A DNA stretch of 64,000 nt from NCBI GenBank assembly GCA_965153285.1, contig OZ229121.1; one strand, written 5' to 3'. The position numbers and the translations under genes were made by a program. Source of the stretch: Podarcis tiliguerta (Eukaryota). Below the pieces are notes generated by a model, which was not told the DNA's origin, did no database searches, and saw only the letters and a program-made list of their open reading frames with translations. Positions 49,501 to 61,500 of this stretch are shown here, one piece after another. How positions within the stretch are numbered: position 1 is the first letter of the stretch; every line of letters begins with the position of its first letter.

Positions 49501-52500
49501 TGTGATTAGTATTCCTACACAGCCTCTCTGAAGCCACTGTGTTAAGAGATCTTGACACCTGGCATTGAAACTTTAGAATACTGTGGAATGTATATGATTG
49601 GTGCTCTTGTGTAAACACAAGGTCTGATCCAGCAGCAGGTGTCCAATAATGGGGGAGAACGAGAGATTTTTGTCTAGGCCCTTCCCCCCTCCACCTGTAC
49701 GTACATAATTTCATTTGTGTATTCTGAAGTCTCTGATATTCTCCAACATCAGGATACCTGACCAAATAAACTCTTAATTTTGAACCTGTTTGACAACTGT
49801 GTGTCCTGTTCCTTGCTGATACCATCCAAATTATGTATGCTTACAATACTGTACAAACCCATACATTAAGGTTTTGCAGGTGCCACCAAATCCAGTAAGT
49901 TTCACTTCTGCAGGTAACATTGGTGGTGCTTTGCCCTTTCGGGAGTGATATAAAGACATTAGAAACAGGCTTTGGGTCTAAATTCAGGAACTGTATCAGT
50001 TACACTGTCTACAGGCATTATTAGATTTGTATGTTAAATATTAATAGTTTGAGCACAGGATGTTTGAGAGTTTGATAGATATTTTTTTCTGACAGTGCAC
50101 AAAGTTTAGCAGATGCCCTAGGGTGTGCACGACATCTTTCACAAGCACAACACACCCATTGAATTTGCTATGTGCTGAGAAGTAGAATGGCTGTTGCATG
50201 AGTGGGCTGCCACAAATATCACCCTTTGCTTTTACTTTGTAGCATTGTTTTTATCTCATTAACCACTTTGGAAATTCAAGTGTTCTGTAATGCATTTTTT
50301 TTTAACCCCTATATAATGGGAGAAATTTAAAACCAGCCACAAAATTTTGTATAATTTTGTCAAGTTTGATTTATTACTATATTTAGAGTATGTGAAAGAA
50401 TATGGGTTATGATGGGAAGAAACATAAATATCTCTGTTTCTTCAGAATCTATGTCAATGGACAAGTCTCTATCCCACTCGTGCACAACTCCTTCCACATC
50501 ATCTGCTTCTGGGCTGAATCCAGCTTCTGCACCAACTTCATCGGCTTCAACAGTTCCTGTTTCACCTGTCTCACAATCCCCAATTCCTCCATTACTTCAG
50601 GACCCAAATCTCCTTCGACAGTTACTACCTGCTCTTCAAGCCACATTGCAGCTTAACAATTCAAGTGTAGATATATCCAAAATAAATGAAGGTAAGGCAG
50701 ATTTTTAATAGTTTGTCCTAATACTGTATTAAACAAAGTGACTACATATCTAGAAGTTACACTTCTACATAAGGTAGATTTAAAGTGTTAGTTTAATGCA
50801 ATGACTGTATCGTGCACTTTGCAAATATGTGTCCAAGCGAACATTTACTAAGGTGATGGGCAGGAAGGAAAGATTTACAGGGATGAATTAGAGACATAGA
50901 GACTGACTTGGCAAAATATGAAGGAGTGGCATTTGTAGGGGAGAATCCAGCTGGTGATTCACTGCTATAAATTCCTGCCACTGTATTCGTGTAACATGAC
51001 AAATGGGGTTGAGAACCTCCATGTTTTTCTGCCTTTTATCTTGCATGAAGCCAAGACTGGCTGTATTAATGAATTGGAAATTATTTTCAATGTACTATTT
51101 GCATTGAGCTTAGGGGAAAGTGGGGGCAACAAATGGAACTACTTGCATTTCAGCCAGTGAAAGTTGATTAACATCTTAAATTTGATTTTAGTACAGTGCA
51201 TTTTAAACTGCAGTGCTGAACTTAACCATTGACCCCAGTGTGGCATACATCTTAGTAGAACACACACAGGATTGCACTACTGCAGATCCCTGCAGATTGC
51301 TACAATTGCTGCTGCACTTACAGGAATAATGTGTACAATTCTGGTCACTGCAGCTCAAAAGATAGATCTGGAAAACGGGATATTCAGGACTTTTTAGTTT
51401 TGGGGAAATGGAAAGTAGGGAAGTCATGATAGAGGAGAATAAAAATGTGTAGACTGGAGAAAGTGGATAGAGAGAAGTTTTTCTCCCTTAACATTCAATG
51501 AAACGGAATGTTGGAAGATTCAGGACCAAAAAAACAACAGTGCCACTTTGCATAATACATAGTCCACCTAAACATTAGGAAGAACTTCCTGACAGTAAGA
51601 GCTGTTTGACAGTGGAATTTGCTGCCAAGGAGTGTGGAGGAGTCTCCTTCTTTGGAGGTCTTTAAGCAGAGGCTTGACAACCATATGTCAGGAGTGCTCT
51701 GATGGTGTTTCCTGCTTGGCAGGGGGTTGGACTCGATGGCCCTTGTGGTCTCTTCCAACTCTATGATTCTATGATTCTATGATTCTAGTCTTATCCTCCA
51801 TTACTTTGTCATTTAACTATCAGTGGCTATTAGTCACAATGTCTATGTTCTGCCTCTACTGTTTGTGCCAGTATACATCTGAATACCAGTTGATAGAGAA
51901 CAGAAACGGGGAGAGTACTACTGCTCTCATGTGCTGCTTTTGGGCTTTCCTTAAACATCTTGTTGGCCACAGAAGAGAACAGTATTTTTACTAGAGGGAC
52001 CTTTGGTCTGCTGCAGCAGGGGTGCTCTTAGGTTCTTATGAGAAACTGGATCAGGAACTTAGTTTTAGGGAATAGTATTTTCTTTCAAAAATAAGTACTG
52101 TAGATACACTGTTGCTTCTTTTCAGGGAATGAAAGTGGTAATCTTAATTTGTCTGTTAGTTCTTACAGCTGCTGTGACACAAGCTTCTCTACAATCTATA
52201 CTTCATAAAATTCTCACTGCTGGACCATCTGCTTTTAATATAACTTCCCTGATTTCTCAAGCAGCACAGCTTTCCACACAAGGTATTTTGGAAGCTTCTT
52301 TTTGTCTCCATGTAAAATTGCCTTGTACGCTATGAAACTTCGGTTCATTTTTCTGTAGAGGGATTCAGTTAGGAAAAATGTATCAGGTGTTAGTCCTAGT
52401 CAGAGTAGACATAACTAACTTATATAGATATAACCTTTAAAGTCAGATTCCTAAAGGGTGTTCAGAAAAGCTGGTAGCTTCCACTGCAGCAACAATTTGT

Positions 52501-55500
52501 TGTTCTGTTATTCTGAACATATTTATGGAGGATGAGATTCAATTGTTTGGTGCATTCAGTCCAAATGTTTCTGGACCAGTCAAGCATAATAGCATTATAA
52601 ATAATCAGCATTTACTAAAGCCAACAAAATTGACACTGCATACATTTTGTTGGACTGAGCTGCATGTGTGAAGATGTTGTTATTTCTCTTAACAAGTTTT
52701 ATTGCTTATTCAGATTCCGGAAGGGGAGACCAAATCTATTCCAACTATAAAAAAGTTAACACTGTAGTGATCTAGTTCAAGTTCTTACTATGCAATACTT
52801 ACTATGAATACCTAAAATAGGTTATCTAGAAAACTCCTGCTATGCACTATATTACTTTGAACTTAGTGGAAGCATTGGGAGTTTGATTAGTTCTATTAAA
52901 AGCTAATAATCATAAGCAGAAAATGATCCTGACTAAAATTAACTTTCTTTAGTTTTTGTTGTTTGGTCTTCTGGGTCTATCTATGGACAAAATGCCCTCA
53001 CTGAAAAAAATCGAGAGCTGAAATTAGAACTTCTTAAAGAGAGCTCTGTGGTCAGTGGTAGATGTCAAAAATTAAGTAGTGCATGGCCTAGAGGCTGCAA
53101 CTAACGAATTGAATAATTAATAATATATATTGAAAAATACACTTTGCATTTGCAGGTATATAAATATTTTGTTTGCCATTTAAAATATCCCTTTGCCCCC
53201 CCCCCCAGTCTAAAACTGGCTCAGTGTGTGAAGTGGGAATTCTTATGCCCATCAATTATTATTCATATGCAACTTGACTGCCTGCTACTTTAAAGTAAGC
53301 TTTTTTGTGTAGTTCCACATGATATACAGTATATTTTCAGACTCTTCATGGGCAAATATATTTGACTATGCATGCCATGTGATAAGCCAGACTATGGCTT
53401 GCTGGGACCACATGAATATGTGGTCTCCTAAAGAGGAGTTCAGTTGTTTTGCTCCTCCCCAACCCTTTTTATTCCCATGCTAAGCTAAGTCAAGATTTGG
53501 CTTAGCGTGGCATCGAAACCAGTGCTTGTGGTCAAGTGCTCTCCTTGCTAACCACAAACTATAGCTAAGGTTTGTTCCATGACTTAGCTTAGTGTGGCAC
53601 AGGAGTGAAAAAGAACAAGGACAGTATGTACTTAAATTCCTTGTTTAATGTCTGAGGCTGAAGCATCTGTGTATGTAAGTACAGGATTTACACTCGATTA
53701 TATAAATTGGTGTGTGAGGCTTTAAATAGTTAACTTTAAGTAAAACCATTTCAGCAGTGAAAATTCCATACAGATTTAGGTGCTGAAGGAGCAAAAGATA
53801 GTCCAAAGCTTTTAAACCCTTCAGCACCTAGTTTCAGCAAACAATAGAACGGCATCATCTGGAGATGACTCCTGTTACAGCATAAAAAGTTGCTGAGTTT
53901 GTAATTTTTAGTCCTTCATGGAGCAACTGTTTCATGTCTCTTGGCTTTCTCATTTGGTCACAGCTCCTCTTCCCCCTTCCATTGCTTAAGTCTTCCAAGC
54001 TTTATTTCCCAAGAATATTTTTTAAAAAAACTTAGATTGAGTAAGATTTTTAAAAATTGTCATGGTCTTATTTACAGCTCAGCCATCTAATCAATCCCCA
54101 ATGTCTTTAACATCGGATGCCTCATCACCAAGGTCATACGTATCTCCAAGGATAAGCACGCCTCAGACTAACACAGTTCCTCTGAAACCTTTGATAAATA
54201 CACCCCCTGTATCCTCACAGCCAAAGGTAAGATTTTAATGAGTTACAGCAGGAGTAAAACTCTGCTTCTGTTGTTAAAGCAGACACAAGACTCCAACATT
54301 GTAATGCTTTAAATATTTTTAAATATATATTTTTGGCTGTTTCTTGTATTAAGAAACCCAAAGGATAAGAATCTCAATGTTTAGTACTTAAACAGTTTTC
54401 ATTAGATGACCTTTAATGGGTGCTCTAGTTTCTGGTGGAAAAAAACAAGTTGCTTTAATTATTATTATTTTAGTCTATAACTGTCACTGGTTGGACTTGG
54501 TAACAAAGTGGCTAAGAGTGAGCTAGGAATTCCCAGTACAGATCTTGCCTTCGTTATATTGGTAGGCAGCCTCAAGCAAACCACTCTCATCTTCTTCTAC
54601 CTTCAACATGGGCATAATAATAGTGGCCTACTTTAAATGTTGTTAGCAGGATTTCTTTTCCAAAAAAATATTAGTCACTATTCTGTGCTTACTTAGCACA
54701 GTCCTTATCGGGCTTTGTGGGAGGAGGTTTAGACAAACTGGTGTCCATCTATTACATTATTAGTTTTCTACAATACTTTTAATAGACAGCTTTCACTTCT
54801 GTCCTTTCCATACCACCCACAGTTCTCTGAGCAGTTTGACAAAGTCTAGCATAAATTTTATCATATCAGCCAGTCCCAGTTAATCTAGCTGTCCTTGTTG
54901 GCATCCATCTATCTTGGGAAACAATGGAGGAGTGCACCTTTGGGGGTAAAGTCAAATTTTGGAGAGTTACAGCATCTGCTGTGACTGTAGAGACCACTAA
55001 AGAAGAGACATGTTTTGTTGCAGCTAGGGCAGATGTGTGTGGTTGTGGTGCTTCAGATGCACCATGGTCTGACTGTCTCCAGGCACTGAAGTAGTCTGCA
55101 AGGGATTCCCACATGGCAGGATTGATGTTGCCAGCCTTGTTTTCAGGATAATTGAAGATCATGGGTTGTTTTGAAAGTTGGAGTCTTGTATAATGCACTA
55201 ACGTGGTGCCTATACGGCTCCCTCCTCCTGCTGAAATTAGACTTAAAAGAAGCATTCTGCTGTAGCCAATAGACTAGGTTGAGGTGTGTGCTCAGTTGTG
55301 GTGTGTGCGGTGCCCACAACAGTTTCTGGGGTTTGCAAAGGTGTCTATTGGCGGTCCCTGCTGTAATTCAACTAGGAAGTTACCAATAACAATAGCAAAG
55401 TACCCGCTGTCCTTGTTATATACCTGTCTCTTCCTCTGTCCTCCTTTTAAAGCAGCTCTATTCCATTCCAGTTTTCAGATTTATCCTCCCAACAGTTGGT

Positions 55501-58500
55501 CAGCATTCCGTCAACACTGAACATGCTTAGTCTGTACTGAACTGTGTCTTGGTCTCTTAAATATTGTAATAAAGTTTTTGTTTTTGTAGGGGTACTTCTG
55601 CAAACCTTAGGATTAGCCTCAGTCTTCTGATACCTTCTTTGTATGGGGATTGTGGGTGTACAGTTTTGAGTATCTTTGTTCATGCAATTTGAGTTAAATT
55701 AAATTAGAAGACATCCTTCCTTCCATTTCTGTGTACTATGCCTGAAATAAGTTGCAGGAGGTATCCCACTTCTAATCCTGATTGATAGCTCTTCAGTTTA
55801 AGGTTATTTGAAGTAATACTGAAATGTGGTCAAATTTTGAACCTTCAGGTTACTACTTCAGGTGTTAAGCAAGGACCAGTTTCACAGTCAGCATCTCAGC
55901 AGCAAGTGATTGCTGACAAACAACAAGGTCATGAACCTGCTTCTCCTCGAAGTCTTCAGCGTTCAAGGTATATATTACATTGGTATTGGCTTTTGACTTC
56001 ACCATATCCTATTCTACCAAGTGTTGCTTTTTGGAGCTGCATGCTCTCATCTGCAAATACTGTCTGTAAAGTGGTACCGCGGGTTACATACACTTCAGGT
56101 TACATACACTTCAGGTTACAGACTCCGCTAACCCAAAAATAGTACCTTGGGTTAAGAACTTTGCTTCAGGATGAGAACAGAAATCGCGTGGCGACAGGGG
56201 GAGGCTCCATTAGCTAAAGTGGTACCTTAGGTTAAGAACAGTTTCAGGTTAAGAACGGACCTCCAGAACGAATTAAGTACTTAACCCGAGGTACCACTGT
56301 ACAGTATTCTTGCATTCAAAGTTGGGGAGAACATTACAGTCTCAGTGCAATTGCAGGATAGATTATTTACACATGGCCAGTTACTGGAGTTAGTGGCCTA
56401 TTAACTGTAGTGTCTAGATTTGTTTTATGTTTGTACAGGTGAGCTAACACCTGTACATCCTGGAATTCTGTTGCCTTAAGTTATGCAGGAAAAACAGGAA
56501 GGACTTCACAAGCTGCTTCTTCACCACAAGTGTGTGTATTCAGTTTTGAGACATGAATGGAAATCTTGGGGGCTTTTTGTGTATTGTCTTTGAAGCCAGC
56601 ATAAGCTATTCATGTTAACAGATAGAAATGTGGCAGTGCTTAAACACATCTCTGCTGTTGGTGAATGTAAAGATAAATTCTTAGTCCCATTATTAGAAGG
56701 TGGTACGGGGACAGAATTTCCATATTAAATTCCTAGTATTGTTTTAAAACCTGTATGTTACCATTTTAAGTAAACAATTTGAATACAGTTGCATTTCAGA
56801 AATTTGCTTGGTGCTTTTTAAACAGCTGTGGCTTTTTTGGTTGTGTGATAGTAGCAGATAAGCTTATGAAGGCACACTAAAAGTTTGAATTAAAGGAAAT
56901 CTGTCATTTTTGAGCCCTCCTTTTAAGTGTATGATTTCATTGAGATGAATCAGCTCAGATTTTTAATAATGGTAGTTCTGAATTGTTCTTTACGTAGCTT
57001 TGAGCTTCAGGTTTGAGCTACATTTTGTCCAGTAGAATGCATCATATCTTGAAAAAAGGTGCTTTTTTAAAAAAAAAATAGAGCTTGGAGACTAAAAGGA
57101 AATGTTTTACATGACATAAATATCATGTTTAAAAATAAAAATAGGGATAAAATTATTATTGGCATTGTTGGTTAAGATTAAGGCAGTCAAATTCTGGAAG
57201 TGCTTTGCTTCAAAGTTGTTTGGTTTCTAGGTGGTGTTTTTCCCCACCCCCTGGGATAGGGTTGCCAAAGAAATACTAGGAGCAAAACAGTTTTTATGTG
57301 TGCAGGGCAAGGTTTCAACAGCCATCATAGGGTTAGGAAGTGCTTAATGCGAACAAAAGTACACTCGTACACAAATACACTGACTGCAACTGATAGAAAT
57401 AATTATGTATACTTGAATATGCTATTCATTAAATTGTCCTAGTATACCCAATATTGTGCTTTGGTCTGAATTAAGGCTCACTATTGATGCATAACGTCAA
57501 CTCCTAATCTTATGCAAGTGGCTTCTCAGGATTATTTTCTGCTCTGTGCCTACTGTTGGATTGGCTTCTGGTTGGTGTAGAATACATGTGTGTGCTAAGC
57601 CATAATTGACTTAGTGTGACATGTGATCCCCAGGCCACTGGCCACATGTACAGCTCTGTTCTGAATCAGAGCATAACCCAGTTGCCTGGAGTAATTGTTA
57701 CTTGCAGAGGTGACTAGTCAAGTGTCTTCAGTACAAAAATGTTCAACCACTGAGCACTGGAGAAGCATAGATACTAGGCATGGTGTCCTTTCATTTCACT
57801 TCCCAATTTGGGGCAAGTGGGACTTTGGGCAAATCCCTGAAACAAGAGTCTGAGAGACTAGTAAAAGAGAACAATTCTATTAAAAGAATTGTTGCTTAAT
57901 ATAACGTTCCATGTTTGCTGTTCCTATTTGCCACTCTAGCCAATATGAAGAAAATTCCTGTGTTTAAGATGGTGTGGGTTCTGCAATCAGAACTAATGCA
58001 GGTGGTGCCACTATCAGTATACTAGTATAATATCCTGGTTTACAGAACTGTTAGGATGCCTTTTGTGGAATTGACAGGCAGTGTGATGTGGATTGTGAAA
58101 CTGGTTGTAAAAGACAAAAGGTGCTAGGCACATGCACTTAATATGTAGGCCTGTGGAAGTGATTTATAAAACCTGTGGCACCTGCTTGTCATAGGAAGAA
58201 AGTTACTGGTGTGTTCTTGGAAAAGAATGGGGTTACCTGCTGTTGGGACTAATGACACCAGGGAGGCACATAGAAGACATTAAATAAACTTCCTTTTTAA
58301 ATAAACTTCAGGAGAGTTTGGTTTCTCCCCCCCCCCCCAATACCCATGTCAATTGAGACAGAATTAGTTTGAAATCCATTGAAGCCATGAAGAAAACACT
58401 CCTCCCTAATGACTTAGTTATTGTCTTCTCACAGACAATTCGCAAAATGATAATCTCATGATTTAGGGGACGCGGGTGGCGCTGAGGGTTAAACCACAGA

Positions 58501-61500
58501 ACCTAGGACTTGCCGATCAGAAGGTCGGTGGTTCGAATCCCCATGACGGGGTGAGCTCCCGTTGCTCAGTCCCTGCTCCTGCCAACCTAGCAGTTCGAAA
58601 GCACCTCAAAGTGCAAATAGATAAATAGGTACTGCTCCAGCGGGAAGGTAAACGGCATTTCCGTGCGCTGCTCTGGTTCGCCAGAAGCGGCTTAGTCATG
58701 CTGGCCACATGACCTGGAAGCTGTACGCCGGCTCCCTCGGCCAATAAAGTGAGATGAGTGCCACAACCCCAGAGTCTGCCGCGACTGGACCTAATGGTCA
58801 GGGGTCTCTTTACCCTTTACCTTTAATCTCACGATTACTGGCTATGCAACTTTCAGGTGGGCATTTTCCCATGGAAGAGATTGGAACTATTCTATATAGT
58901 CTTCGTAGAGTTGGAAGGGACCTTGGACATAACAATCCAATCTATGCCGAATCTACTGTGCAGGGTGCAGATTAAGCATCCCTGACAAGCTAACTCAACA
59001 AACATTCATTCATTCTTTTTCTTTTAGTAGTCAGAGAAGTCCATCTCCTGGTCCAAATCATACCTCCAATACAAGTGCTTCTAATACGACAGCACCACAG
59101 AATGCATCCGCACGACCTACGTGTTCATTAACACCCACGTTAGCGGCACATTTCAATGAAAACCTTATAAAGCATGTCCAAGGGTGGCCTGCAGATCATG
59201 CAGAAAAGCAGGTGAGTGTACATTTTGTAGTGTTGGGGCAGAATCCAGTGTTGTTTGAGTAGATTTCCGCTTGCACAATAGGATTTCACTTTCCTCTCCT
59301 ATCCCCTGCACACCTCCAAAATCTGCCTTAGACTTTTGGAAGCAGATTTTGACAGTCCATAAGGGGGCTGCAGTAAGGAGGAGGTGGAGATGAAATACTT
59401 TTTTGCTTGCAACCCTTTGGATTACAGCACTTTAGCTTCCTTTTGAATGTGTTTTAAATTTCCTCTGTTCAAATTCTTGTGAACACCAATGATCTTTAAA
59501 GCAAATTATTTAATGCTAGTGAATATTTCACAGCTTGCATTTCCATTTCCATGGAGGTTGGAAGCACTGGAATTGTTCTTATGCATGGGTGTAATACTGT
59601 TGTAGGTAGTTTTTGTTGGGGTATCCCAACAGTTTGGTGGGGGAACCAGGTTGTAGAATAGGTATGGTGATTTTTTTATATACTGGGAGATTGAAGTACC
59701 TTAAAATTGTTAGCCAAGAAACTTGTTGTTTTATTTAGATTTTCCTCATTTTAATCCCGTAATTTAGGGCAGTGTTACATTAGATAAGCTTTTATAATTT
59801 GTCAGTTACCTGGTTCATGGTTGTCTGCAACAATTGACCTTGGTAACTGGGGACTGTCTGACCTGGAAATTCAGTGACACTTTCACTCCTGCTTTAAAAG
59901 ATTACTTGCCCTTTAAGGCAAAAATGTGGGAGGGGAGAGTTCTATGTACCAGGCTACATAGCAATGCACTGTTACTGCCAGGTTTATGGTTCTGTTCTCC
60001 CTTTTTGGGAGGGTAGATGGCGAGCAGAGAATAGGACTAGTCACTGTTTTTGTCATTTGAAGCAAGGAGCCTTCCTATTCACAGCAAGTAGAGCAGAGGA
60101 TGAGTGAGTGTATTTGCAGGTTTAAAATATATTCCTCTATTATCCAGCAACCTTACCTTGTGAAGGAAGTTTAAGAGTTATATACACATGGCCCCCTTTG
60201 TTTCATGGCTTAATAAGATTTGAAGCTGCCTTAGCTATTCAGATTCAGTCATTTGTTTTCAGGCAAACTTGCATGGCTGTTGAAGCAGAAAAGAAGCTGA
60301 GAAGATTACAGTGGTGTTAGAAATCATTGTTGGGGTTTAGAAAGGCTTACAGAAAAATATTTACTTTTCAATCCAATGCTGTACAAATTAAAAGTTAAAC
60401 GTTGTTTTCTGTAATTCTCAAAACCAATAACCCTTTTCTCCGTGTCAGTTTTATAAAGTTGAATGAAAAAATAACCAGTTAACTGTAAAGTATAAAAGAA
60501 TAAAGTTTATTTTTAGTTGTGGTTTTTAAATTTTAGCTAACTGGGCCTTTCTGTTTTGACCTTTCAGACTTCATAGTAATTCTTGATAATGTTGTAAGAT
60601 AAGGCATTGCAGCACAGATGCAGTGTTTTAAATATTGCAGTTTTAACATGAACTCTAGTCAGTGTAACAGAAACATCCTGTAGCAGAGAGGACTGAAACT
60701 TCATTACAGTGTATATATAATGTAGTACTGTCAGTTTATAATTTGTTCTGGTCAGACAACAAATTTTACCAGAGCACATGAACTTCACAAAAAGCCATAC
60801 AACACGAATATCTTACCTAGATAAGGGATAGGGAACCCCAGAAGCTGTTTGGACTCCAACTCCCATCAGCATCAGACAACATGGCCAATAGTCGGGGGTA
60901 ATGAGGTTAATAATCCAACAACAACTGGAAGGGCCACAGGTTTGACATCTCTGATCTAGATGCTTTGTGCAAAAGTTAGTATGAAAACATGATGAAAACA
61001 CCATGAAAGGGGATAGGGAAACGTTCTAATAACAATCCAGTGAGGACTGAATATGCTCGGGGGGGGGGGGGTAAGAATGCTAATGAGTGTTTTTTGTCGG
61101 TGTGGTGGAATATGGAATGGCGTATGCTGAAAGAGAGCATTGTTGGTATCAGTCTGTCTTGAGAGACAATGGAATGTGCCTCTAGGAGTGAAGTCAAACC
61201 ATTGGAGAATCACAGTGCCTGCTGTGGCTGCAAAGACTGTTAACTCATAACTGCTGCCTCCCAAGCCTGGGCAGTGTGTTTGGAGGTCCTGGGCTGCCCA
61301 AACAACAACACCCACTCTCTTCTCAGCCAATACACCATACAACCATCTTAGGGATTGCACTCCAGATTGTGTAGGATTTGATGCTTAGCCTTTTCTTCTC
61401 CTGAGGATGTTCCACAAGGCACTGGGTTTTCCTCAGGTTTACGGCCAAAGCCTTTCTCACTAATGAGTATAGCCACAAGGCAGCAGAGGTTTTAGAAGAG

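Noticed and set aside
58466-58560. tRNA-like A/B box sequence
   Set aside because: It is the tRNA-derived head of a Sauria SINE, not a tRNA gene
60985-61055. ATGATGA...CTGA resembling a C/D box snoRNA
   Set aside because: Only about 60 nt, with no terminal stem or recognisable guide
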